In this document: piece by piece, positions 1 through 8,015 of the stretch
Position numbering within the stretch: the first letter of the stretch is position 1
How the letters are laid out: every line of letters begins with the position of its first letter
Assembly: GCA_046754465.1 (NCBI GenBank)
Contig: JBHHVU010000039.1
Location: forward strand, 1-29,997
Reading direction: 5' to 3'
From: Nitrospinaceae bacterium
GTDB lineage: Bacteria; Nitrospinota; Nitrospinia; Nitrospinales; VA-1
Length of the DNA stretch: 29,997 nt
The notes under the pieces: generated by a model
Told to the model about the DNA's origin: nothing
The model's database searches: none
The model's input: the letters and a program-made list of their open reading frames with translations, nothing else
Translations under genes and position numbers: made by a program

Positions 1-15
1 GAACAGAGAAACTCT

Positions 16-105
16 TTTCACCGCAAAGGCGCAAAGGACGCGGAGAAAGCCTTAAAAAATAGTGGGTTTTTGGTTTCTTTGCGATCTTTGCGTCTCCGCG
101 GTAAA
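16..105. repeat. Imperfect inverted-repeat (REP/MITE-like) element built from CGC(A/G)(A/G)AG-type units
   Basis: Left arm 16-48 TTTCACCGCAAAGGCGCAAAGGACGCGGAGAAA. Right arm 74-105 TTTCTTTGCGATCTTTGCGTCTCCGCGGTAAA, whose reverse complement is TTTACCGCGGAGACGCAAAGATCGCAAAGAAA. The arms are separated by an AT-rich 25-nt spacer. Confidence 0.7.
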
Positions 106-156
106 CCAATGGTTTTGTTTTTCCATCTGTGGTTCCGACCCATTCCCCATCCCAAC

Positions 157-186
157 TTGTTTCCTTGCGAGGAATTCAGGTATAAT
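157..186 (+). promoter_or_regulatory. Possible sigma70 promoter for mqnE
   Basis: Perfect TATAAT at 181-186 and a weak TTGTTT at 157-162 (18-nt spacer), 32 nt upstream of the ATG. Confidence 0.35.
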
Positions 187-218
187 CGGCGCACCTTCCA
201 TTTTGCTGGAATTTTATC

Positions 219-1334
219 ATGTTGTTTGAATTTGAAGATAAAGCGCTGCAACCGATCGAGGAAAAAGTGCGTGCCGAGGAGCGGCTTTCCTTCGCGGACG
301 GGGTCACTCTCTGGACCACGTTCGACCTTTTGGGGGTGGGCCATCTGGCGAACCTCCTGCGTGAGCGGGTGCACGGCGACAATACGTATTTCATCGACAA
401 CCGCCACATCAATCCAACGAACATTTGCATCAACAGCTGCCGCTTTTGCGCCTTCGGGGTGAAAAAGGACGACCCCACGGCGTATGAGAAATCGCTGCAA
501 GAAATCTTCTCGGACGCGGAAAATCACCAGGGCGGCAGGGTGAGCGAGTTTCATATTGTCGGCGGGCTGCATCCGGATCTGCCGTACCGGTATTATGTGG
601 AGATGCTTCAAGGATTGAAGGAGCGGTTTCCCCATGTCCATATCCAGGCGTTCACCGCCGTGGAGCTTCAATACTTGTCGCGCCTCTCCGGCATGCCGGT
701 CCGGGACACGCTTCTGGATCTCAAGGAAGCCGGACTCGGGTCCATTCCCGGCGGCGGCGCGGAAATCCTCGCGGAACGGGTGCGGCGAAAAATTTGCGGG
801 GAAAAGACCACCGGGGAGGAATGGCTGGACATCCATCGCACCGTCCATGAAATCGGGCTCAAGAGCAACGCCACCATGTTGTACGGTCATCTGGAAACCG
901 TGGAGGAGCGCACCGGGCATTTGATCTGCTTGCGCGAGTTGCAGGACGAGACCCACGGGTTCCTCACGTTCATTCCCCTGGCGTTCCATCCGGAAAACAC
1001 GCGTTTGGATTTTCTTCCCACCACCCCAGGTCAACTCGACCTCAGGGCCCTGGCGGTTTCCAGGCTGATGCTGGACAATTTTCCCCATATCAAGGCCTTC
1101 TGGATCATGATCACGCCGAAAATCGCTCAGCTTTCCCTGTCCTTTGGAACCGACGATATGGACGGGACCGTGGTGGAGGAAAAGATCGTTCATGCCGCCG
1201 GCGCCGCCACCGACCAGATTTTTCATAAAAGCACCATCATCGATATGATCACCGAAGCGGGACGTAAGCCGATGGAACGGGATACCTTGTATGAGGAAAC
1301 CCATCCGTGCCCTGTTTGCCCGCCATCCTCTTGA
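219..1334 (+). CDS. mqnE: Aminofutalosine synthase MqnE (radical SAM, CofH/MqnC/MqnE family, futalosine menaquinone pathway)
   Basis: Radical SAM motif CINSCRFC preceded by HINPTN. Also EFHIVGGLHP, HIQAFTAVE, SIPGGGAEI, SNATMLYGHLE, FIPLAFHPEN, LDNFPHIKAFWIM, DGTVVEEKIVHAAGA and ERDTLY, as in MqnE. Confidence 0.88.
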   Translation: MLFEFEDKALQPIEEKVRAEERLSFADGVTLWTTFDLLGVGHLANLLRERVHGDNTYFIDNRHINPTNICINSCRFCAFGVKKDDPTAYEKSLQEIFSDAENHQGGRVSEFHIVGGLHPDLPYRYYVEMLQGLKERFPHVHIQAFTAVELQYLSRLSGMPVRDTLLDLKEAGLGSIPGGGAEILAERVRRKICGEKTTGEEWLDIHRTVHEIGLKSNATMLYGHLETVEERTGHLICLRELQDETHGFLTFIPLAFHPENTRLDFLPTTPGQLDLRALAVSRLMLDNFPHIKAFWIMITPKIAQLSLSFGTDDMDGTVVEEKIVHAAGAATDQIFHKSTIIDMITEAGRKPMERDTLYEETHPCPVCPPSS

Positions 1335-1816
1335 CCGCTTTTTCCCATACAGACGGTCCCGCCGTCTAAAAACGAATCGGGTCCGATTTTCGTGGCTGCC
1401 CGTACGGGAGGGACCGGGACTTATCCGATTCCCAGGTGTACCGCAACATCCATTCTCACCCGGATGAACGGCGGATTTTCATCGCATCCCCTCCCAATTT
1501 CCTTGCGACGGTTCTTTCATCCCAAGTGCTCCCGGAATCGGAAGAAATTCGATAATTTATTTAATATCAATGGGATAATTTTAGTTGACTATATTACATT
1601 TTCAGTTTATTTATATAAGTATACCTATTGAAACGAACCATCTGTGAAAATTAAATTGGGGAGGAAGAACATGTATACATCGTGATTCATCGCCTTGAAT
1701 TATCATGGGCCGATTGAATCCTGAAGAGGGATGGTTTGAGTTAAAGAACTTGGCAAAATTGGCAAAAAGGGTCTGAGGGTTAAACCAAAAATTTTTAAGA
1801 GTTCGAGGGCACAAAT

Positions 1817-2194
1817 ATGGCATACGATGGGAAAAAGGTTCTGGTGGTGGACGATTCGTCGGTGATGCGGCAAATCATAAAGAAGACTTTGAAGGAATTG
1901 GGATTCGCGGATATTCAGGATGCGGAGGATGGGGCGCAGGGGCTTAAAAAACTTGGGGAGTTATCGGTGGACCTGGTAGTGTCGGATTGGAATATGCCTA
2001 AAATGACGGGAATTGAATTTTTGAAGGCGGTCCGGGCGGATGACAAACTCAAAAGCACGGCGTTTCTCATGGTGACCTCGGAAGCGGATAAGGAAAAAAT
2101 CATGGAAGCGGTGCAGGCAGGGGTGAACCAGTATATCGTCAAACCCTTCAACGCCAATCAACTGGAAGAGAAAATCCAGGCTATTTTTAAATAG
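1817..2194 (+). CDS. cheY: Chemotaxis response regulator CheY (stand-alone receiver domain)
   Basis: VLVVDDS, phospho-acceptor in VVSDWNMPKMTG, MVTSE and YIVKPF; 125 aa; GAGGG upstream of the ATG. Confidence 0.9.
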   Translation: MAYDGKKVLVVDDSSVMRQIIKKTLKELGFADIQDAEDGAQGLKKLGELSVDLVVSDWNMPKMTGIEFLKAVRADDKLKSTAFLMVTSEADKEKIMEAVQAGVNQYIVKPFNANQLEEKIQAIFK

Positions 2195-2365
2195 GGCGAT
2201 TCAAGGAGAGTCCTCCACTTTTTGGGCCGGCTGGGACGGGGGAAAAGAAAACCCCCCGGCGCGGGGACCATGGTTTCTCATTAAGGTTTGTTCCGGGAGG
2301 CCGAGGGAACCCCCGCGGGGCTAAAAAGTAAAAACTGGGAATGGGTAAGAAATTACAACTTTACA

Positions 2366-2395
2366 TTGACTGTTTCTTTTAAAATACTTTATAAT
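2366..2395 (+). promoter_or_regulatory. Putative sigma70 promoter upstream of cheX-cheA-cheW
   Basis: TTGACT (2366-2371), 18 nt, TATAAT (2390-2395), in an AT-rich intergenic region. Confidence 0.5.
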
Positions 2396-2596
2396 TGAAA
2401 TTATTGGCTTTTTGAGTTTTTTTTTGTCGATGGATCAAAAAATTGCGGTGAATTATAAGAAAGTTTTGTCTATAAAAAGTTGGGTGAAACGGAAAGGCCC
2501 CTCTGGAGTAAGTGGGGAAAAAAGGTTTCCTGGGTGAATGTTTTGGTGCTGAAATCTAAATAGGGTAATTGTTGAATCGAAAAATAAGGATAAGAC

Positions 2597-3115
2597 ATGG
2601 CTGCCATTGAAATCAAAGGAAGCGAGATGCCGGAAGTACTTATCAACTGCGTCAATGAATCGGTCGCCACCATTTTCGAAACGATTATCGGAGACCGACC
2701 TGAATACCGCGGTGACGACGAGGACAAAATGGTGGGGGATGGTGTGGTGGGTATCATCTCTTTTGTTGGGGATGTGACCTGGTTGATGATGCTAGCTTTA
2801 CCCCGGAAAACCGCAAACCATATAACCCAGCGATTCTGCGGCTTTGACGTGGATTACGACAGTCCGGATATGGGAGATGTGGTGGGTGAGTTGGCCAATG
2901 TTCTCGCGGGCGATGTTGTGGCACGGCTGGGGGGGGAGGGGGTTAAGGTAGCCATGTCCCTTCCTACCATTTTGCGAGGTAAAAATGTGGAACCGCTTCT
3001 TCCCCGAGGGCTGCCTCACAAGAAAATGCATTTTTCCTTGCCGGAAGGGGAACTCATGATCAAAATTGCGGGAGCCAGGCAGGGGGAAACGGTTGGCAGG
3101 GCTCCCGGCTCATGA
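2597..3115 (+). CDS. cheX: CheX-family CheY-P phosphatase
   Basis: GIISFVG strand, catalytic DxxGELxN motif (DVVGELANVLAG) and MSLPTILRG; lies between cheY and cheA. Confidence 0.82.
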   Translation: MAAIEIKGSEMPEVLINCVNESVATIFETIIGDRPEYRGDDEDKMVGDGVVGIISFVGDVTWLMMLALPRKTANHITQRFCGFDVDYDSPDMGDVVGELANVLAGDVVARLGGEGVKVAMSLPTILRGKNVEPLLPRGLPHKKMHFSLPEGELMIKIAGARQGETVGRAPGS

Positions 3116-3296
3116 ATCCCTTGCTTGCCAAAACCCCGGGTTGAGTATGTTCTTTTCGCGGACCGATTTTTGGATTCCCATGCGATTCGAATGGAAGAGT
3201 TTTTTCCCAGGTGGATTCAGGGAACTCAAACCGCGGTCAAATTAATTTGGGGATGCCGGAGAAACTTCGGAAACCTATTGAGAGGATGAGAAGGGT

Positions 3297-5963
3297 ATGG
3301 ACGCGATCATCAATGAATTTCTTGTGGAAAGTTATGAGAACCTGGATAAGCTGGACCAGGATCTGGTCGATCTGGAGAAAGATCCCACGGAACAAAGCCT
3401 TCTGGCGAGCATCTTCCGTACCATACATACCATCAAGGGGACTTGCGGTTTCATCGGATTTTCCAAACTGGAGTCAATTGCCCATGTGGGCGAAAATCTA
3501 TTGAGCAAGCTCCGGGACGGTGAGTTGACGTTGAACCCTGCCATCACCAGCGCCTTGCTGGCCATGGTGGATGGGGTCCGGCAAATTCTTTCCTGCATTG
3601 AAAATGAAAAGAATGAGGGCGATGTCGATTACTCGCAATTGATTTCCACCCTGACATGCCTGCAGAAAGGTGAAAGTGTGGAGGTGGCGGCAGCGCCTTC
3701 TTCCCCCGAGTTGGCCCCCAAGGCTCCCGAGCGCGAATCCCCGCCCGCCGGGGAAGAGAAGGAGGAGGCATCCCTTTTCGAAAAAATCGGTGGACGGGTC
3801 GCGGTTCAGGCGGCGGTGGATATTTTTTATTCCAAGGTATTGAAAGATTCCCGGATCAAGGATTTCTTCGAAGGCGTGGATATGAGACGCCTGAAAAAGA
3901 AGCAACAAGACTTTTTGACTTTTGCGTTTGGCGGGATCCAAAAATATGATGGCAAGAGCATGCGGGAAGCTCATAAGCACCTCGTTGAAAAAGGGATGAA
4001 CCATTCGCATTTTGATGCGGTGATCGAAAATCTCGCGGCCACATTAAAGGACATGGAGGTTTCGGAGGACCTATCCCAGGAAGTGATAAAAATCGCGATA
4101 TCCACCAAGGCGGATATTTTGCACGGCTGCGAGGATTCGGGAGAAACCTCGGTGGGTGAATCTGGAACCGAAAACCAGGCGATGGCCGTCGCCGAGTCCG
4201 GTGATTCCCTTCAAGAAATTCAGGGGGGGAAAATTCAGGAAGAAAGGCGGGAAGAGGTGGACCGCCGCCAGGAGAATCGGGGAATCTCGGAAGCGAGTAT
4301 CCGTGTCGACGTGAATCTTTTGGATCGTTTGATGAATTTGGTTGGGGAACTGGTTCTGGCGCGAAACCAGATTTTACAGTTCGCGCCGACGGCGCAGGAC
4401 TCAACCTTTACCGCAACCACCCAGCATCTGAACCTGGTGACGACGGAGCTTCAGGAAGGGGTCATGAAGACCCGGATGCAACCGATCGGCAACATTTGGA
4501 ACAAGTTTCCCCGCGTGGTCCGGGATCTTGCCCTCTCCTGCGGGAAAAAGGTGCGCCTAGAGATGGAGGGTAAGGATACCGAACTGGACAAGACCCTGAT
4601 CGAGGCGATCAAGGACCCGCTGACTCATATTGTCCGCAATTCGGTGGACCATGGGATCGAAATGCCCGAGGTCCGCAAAGCCGCCGGGAAGCCAGAGGAG
4701 GGAATCCTGAAATTGCGCGCCTTCCATGAGGGAGGCCAGGTGAATGTTGAAATCGTCGACGACGGCGGCGGGATCGATCCCCAAAAGATCCGCCAAAAGG
4801 CGTTGGAGAAACATATCATTACCCAGGACCAGGCCGCCAAGATGAACGACCGGGAGGTCGTCAATCTGATCTTCGCCGCGGGATTTTCCACGGCGGCGAA
4901 AGTCACCAACGTCTCTGGCCGCGGAGTGGGTATGGACGTCGTCAAGACCAATATTGAACGGATCGGTGGAACGGTGGATATTCAAAGCCGTCCGGGCAAG
5001 GGAACGACTCTGAAAGTGAAGATTCCACTGACCCTGGCGATCATCCCCGCGCTGACGGTGAGGACGGGCGGAGCCCGGTACGCGATTCCCCAGGTCAACC
5101 TTTTGGAGCTGGTTCGTCTGGAAGGGGAGCAGGTCAAAAAAAGTGTGGAACAGATTCAAGGAGCCCCTGTGTATCGCTTGCGGGGCAATTTATTGCCTTT
5201 GATCTACCTCCATGAAGAACTCCGGGTGGCGAAAAAGGAAGAGAGCGATGCGGTAAATATCGTCGTCCTTCAGGCGGACGAACGTCAATTTGGATTGGTG
5301 GTGGAAGGCATCAACGATACCGAGGAAATTGTGGTCAAGCCGCTGGGGAAACAACTGAAAGGGATCCCCGCCTTCGCGGGAGCCACTATCATGGGCGATG
5401 GGAAAGTGGCGCTGATCCTAGATGTCATGGGCCTGGCGCATTCGGCTCGGGTTGTTTCGGAAAGCCGGGAACGGGTCTTGGCGGAATCCATTGCTGAAAA
5501 TCAAAAATCCCGGGGTGACAAACAGACGCTCCTTATTTTTGGCGTGGGTGAGAATGGGCGATTGGCGATTCCTCTCTCCCAGGTGGCCCGTCTGGAGGAG
5601 TTCCAGCGCTCCAGTATTGAGCATTCGGGAGACTGTGATGTGGTGCAGTATCGGGGTGAGATCATGCCGCTGATTTATCTTTCCCAGGTTTTGAATGGAG
5701 TGACCCCGCCGCGGAGCGAGAACATGCAGGCGGTGGTTTATACCTACAATGGAAGAAGTGTGGCTTTGGTGGCGGACCGAATTATCGACATCGTCGAGGA
5801 AATGATAACGGTCAAACGCAATTCAAGGCGAAAGGGAACCCTTGGAACCGTGGTGGTGCAAAATCGGGTGACGGACCTTTTGGATGCGGAAGGTATCGTC
5901 CGCGAAAATGATCCTTCATTTATTGATGAGCCCTCTGCCGTTCCCATAGCGATAGGAAGCTGA
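3297..5963 (+). CDS. cheA: Chemotaxis histidine kinase CheA: Hpt, inserted group I truncated hemoglobin, dimerization domain, HATPase_c and two CheW-like domains
   Basis: Hpt IFRTIHTIKG (His44). Dimerization domain SIRVDVNLLDRLMNLVGELVL. ATPase motifs HIVRNSVDHGIE, DDGGGID, GFST and SGRGVGMDVV. First P5 ends GATIMGDGKVALILDV; second CheW-like domain begins QTLLIFGVG. Globin at residues ~159-275. Confidence 0.95.
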   Translation: MDAIINEFLVESYENLDKLDQDLVDLEKDPTEQSLLASIFRTIHTIKGTCGFIGFSKLESIAHVGENLLSKLRDGELTLNPAITSALLAMVDGVRQILSCIENEKNEGDVDYSQLISTLTCLQKGESVEVAAAPSSPELAPKAPERESPPAGEEKEEASLFEKIGGRVAVQAAVDIFYSKVLKDSRIKDFFEGVDMRRLKKKQQDFLTFAFGGIQKYDGKSMREAHKHLVEKGMNHSHFDAVIENLAATLKDMEVSEDLSQEVIKIAISTKADILHGCEDSGETSVGESGTENQAMAVAESGDSLQEIQGGKIQEERREEVDRRQENRGISEASIRVDVNLLDRLMNLVGELVLARNQILQFAPTAQDSTFTATTQHLNLVTTELQEGVMKTRMQPIGNIWNKFPRVVRDLALSCGKKVRLEMEGKDTELDKTLIEAIKDPLTHIVRNSVDHGIEMPEVRKAAGKPEEGILKLRAFHEGGQVNVEIVDDGGGIDPQKIRQKALEKHIITQDQAAKMNDREVVNLIFAAGFSTAAKVTNVSGRGVGMDVVKTNIERIGGTVDIQSRPGKGTTLKVKIPLTLAIIPALTVRTGGARYAIPQVNLLELVRLEGEQVKKSVEQIQGAPVYRLRGNLLPLIYLHEELRVAKKEESDAVNIVVLQADERQFGLVVEGINDTEEIVVKPLGKQLKGIPAFAGATIMGDGKVALILDVMGLAHSARVVSESRERVLAESIAENQKSRGDKQTLLIFGVGENGRLAIPLSQVARLEEFQRSSIEHSGDCDVVQYRGEIMPLIYLSQVLNGVTPPRSENMQAVVYTYNGRSVALVADRIIDIVEEMITVKRNSRRKGTLGTVVVQNRVTDLLDAEGIVRENDPSFIDEPSAVPIAIGS
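3771..4121 (+). other. Group I truncated hemoglobin (trHbN/GlbN-like, 2/2 fold) domain within CheA
   Basis: SLFEKIGG..AVDIFYSKVLKDSRIKDFFEGVDMRRLKKKQQDFLTFAFGG..YDGKSMREAHKHLV..GMNHSHFDAVIENLAATL. Both Gly-Gly motifs are present, with Tyr B10 (Y178), Phe CD1 (F191) and His F8 (H226) spaced as in cyanobacterial GlbN. Confidence 0.92.
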
Positions 5964-5966
5964 TCC

Positions 5967-6422
5967 ATGGCCGATTCAAAACAGTTTTGCACGTTTTATC
6001 TGGGTGGCTTGTTTTTTGGGGTCGAGGTGGAAAAGGTTCAGGAGGTGTTCCGGTACCAGGAGATGACCGATGTTCCCCTGGCCCCTTCCGCTGTGTGTGG
6101 CCTGATCAATTTGAGGGGACAGATCATCACCGCCCTCGACCTCCGCTGCAGGCTGGAAATGGCGCCCCGCGCGGAAGATCAATTTCCGATGAACGTCGTC
6201 GTACGAACGGAGGAAGGAGTGGTCAGCCTTCTCGTGGACGAAATCGGCGATGTGCTGGAGGTTCCGGAAGAGGCCTATGAACGGCCCCCGGATACCATCG
6301 AGGGCGTGACGCGGGAGTTGATTCGGGGGGTATACAAATTGAAGGAAAGCCTGTTGCTTATTCTCGATACCGAGAAAGGGGTGCATGTGGATTATGTCGG
6401 CAACGGGGTGGGCGAGCACTGA
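5967..6422 (+). CDS. cheW: Chemotaxis coupling protein CheW
   Basis: QFCTFYLGGLFFGVEVEKVQEV, VPLAP..VCGLINLRGQIITALDL and SLLVDEIGDV; starts 3 nt after the cheA stop. Confidence 0.92.
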   Translation: MADSKQFCTFYLGGLFFGVEVEKVQEVFRYQEMTDVPLAPSAVCGLINLRGQIITALDLRCRLEMAPRAEDQFPMNVVVRTEEGVVSLLVDEIGDVLEVPEEAYERPPDTIEGVTRELIRGVYKLKESLLLILDTEKGVHVDYVGNGVGEH

Positions 6423-6568
6423 AAAATTCAAGGACGCCGCCCAACCCCAAAGAAGGTTGGATTCTGCTTCCACCGGGTTGATTTTGAAAAAATAACGAAC
6501 CCGGAAACGGGCCCTGGGAGGAATCATTGTTTCGGAGGAAGGATTGGCCCCCTCTGAATGGGGGGGGA

Positions 6569-7678
6569 TCAGTGGGAGGTAAGGGCCGTCCTGCCGAATT
6601 TCAGGATTTGAACGATTTCATTCCCGATCTGGTTGAGGGGCAGAATTTTATCCGCCAGTCCCGCCCGGGCCACGAACCCCGGCATGCCCCAAACGACGCT
6701 GCTTTCCTCATCCTGCACCAGAACCTGTCCCCCCGCTTCCTTAATATGTTCGCAGCCAATGAGCCCATCCTGGCCCATCCCCGTTAAAACGACAGCGAGT
6801 GCACGCGGTCCGTAAATTTCTGCCACCGATCGGAAGAGAACATCGACTGCGGGACGGCAGGAATTTTCAGGAGGATCCTGATGGGTTTTCAGCAGGACCT
6901 GGGTCCCGTTGCGCTGCAAAATCATGTGGTAATTTCCCGGAGCGATCCAGGCGTGGCCGGATTGCATGGATTTTCCATCCACCCCTTCGCGAATGGTGAG
7001 GGACGATTTGGACTCGAGCCGTTCGGCAAGAAGTTTGGTGAAAAAGGGCGGCATGTGCTGGACCAATACAATGGGAACGGGGAGGTCCTGGGGAAAGACC
7101 GGAAAAAGTTCCGCCAGGGCGTTGGGGCCTCCCGTGGAAACACCGATTGCCACTAAATCGATTTTTTGCTTGAGGCCGGAAGATCCGGGATGGTACTTAT
7201 TGCGAGAAACCGGTTTGATTTTAACCGCGGGATCGGGCTTGGCCGTGGGCGGGGGCTTCAGTCCGACTTTCTCGGAACAAAACAGTTTGATCTTGGGGAT
7301 CAGTTCTTCCCGGACCCGTTGCATGGCTATCGAAACGCTGCCGACGTTCGCCGGTTTGGTGACATAATCGGTGGCTCCCAGCGACAGCGCCTCAAGGGTT
7401 TTGGCCCCGCCCCGTTCCGTCAGCGTGCTGAACATGATGACCGGCAGGGTGGGGTAGATTTTCCGGATTTCCGCCAAAGTTTCCAATCCGTCCATTTCCG
7501 GCATTTCAATGTCCAGGGTGACGAGATCGGGATTGATCTGGGGGATTTTCAAAAGGGCAATACGGCCGTTGGGAGCCGTTGCCGCCACTTCGATTTCGGG
7601 ATCCGAAGACAGGCTGTCCGTTACAATTCTTCTAACCACCACTGCATCGTCTACAACCAGTACACGGATTTTTGGCAT
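6569..7678 (-). CDS. cheB: Chemotaxis protein-glutamate methylesterase CheB (receiver plus methylesterase)
   Basis: N-terminal receiver (VLVVDD, TLDIEMP, TKP). Ser-His-Asp triad motifs GVSTGGP, VQHMP and LTGMGQDG; also RPAVDVLF and VVWGMP. Confidence 0.95.
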   Translation of the reverse strand: MPKIRVLVVDDAVVVRRIVTDSLSSDPEIEVAATAPNGRIALLKIPQINPDLVTLDIEMPEMDGLETLAEIRKIYPTLPVIMFSTLTERGGAKTLEALSLGATDYVTKPANVGSVSIAMQRVREELIPKIKLFCSEKVGLKPPPTAKPDPAVKIKPVSRNKYHPGSSGLKQKIDLVAIGVSTGGPNALAELFPVFPQDLPVPIVLVQHMPPFFTKLLAERLESKSSLTIREGVDGKSMQSGHAWIAPGNYHMILQRNGTQVLLKTHQDPPENSCRPAVDVLFRSVAEIYGPRALAVVLTGMGQDGLIGCEHIKEAGGQVLVQDEESSVVWGMPGFVARAGLADKILPLNQIGNEIVQILKFGRTALTSH

Positions 7679-8015
7679 GGGACACCTTCAGTTATCAGGC
7701 TGGGATAACAATGGACAGGAGTTCTCGTGGATTAAGTTTAAAGCATTGCGATGGTACTTTTTTCATGAATTGACGATATATTGGGATATGGGAGTTTTTC
7801 TCCGGATGCCCTTGATGGCTTTGTTATTGCTTGGGTTAAAGCGAGCAGCCCATTATCAGAGTCTTCATTTAATGATAACGTAAATCTAATTGTGTTTCCA
7901 CAAATTTTTATTTTCCGTGGGGATGGAATAAATGGAATAAAATGAGGCTTTTTTACCCGTGCTCCCCTGGGGGCGATTCCCTGGCGGGGAGGAGTTTTCA
8001 GCATGAGGAACCTGC

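Noticed and set aside
20..52. GCAAA..GGACGC..AAAGCC, superficially like a c-di-GMP-I riboswitch
   Set aside because: No GNRA-capped P2 stem or P3 receptor. The sequence is fully explained as the left arm of the inverted repeat.
18..1304. 428-aa minus-strand ORF
   Set aside because: Antisense shadow of mqnE with no motifs. The same applies to the many short ORFs overlapping cheA, cheB, wzc and the wbp genes.
3771..4121. Reading the CheA insert as a P2 domain or a HemAT-type sensor globin
   Set aside because: It has the two Gly-Gly motifs, length and B10/CD1/F8 spacing of 2/2 group I globins, which fit neither a P2 alpha/beta fold nor a ~150-aa 3/3 sensor globin.
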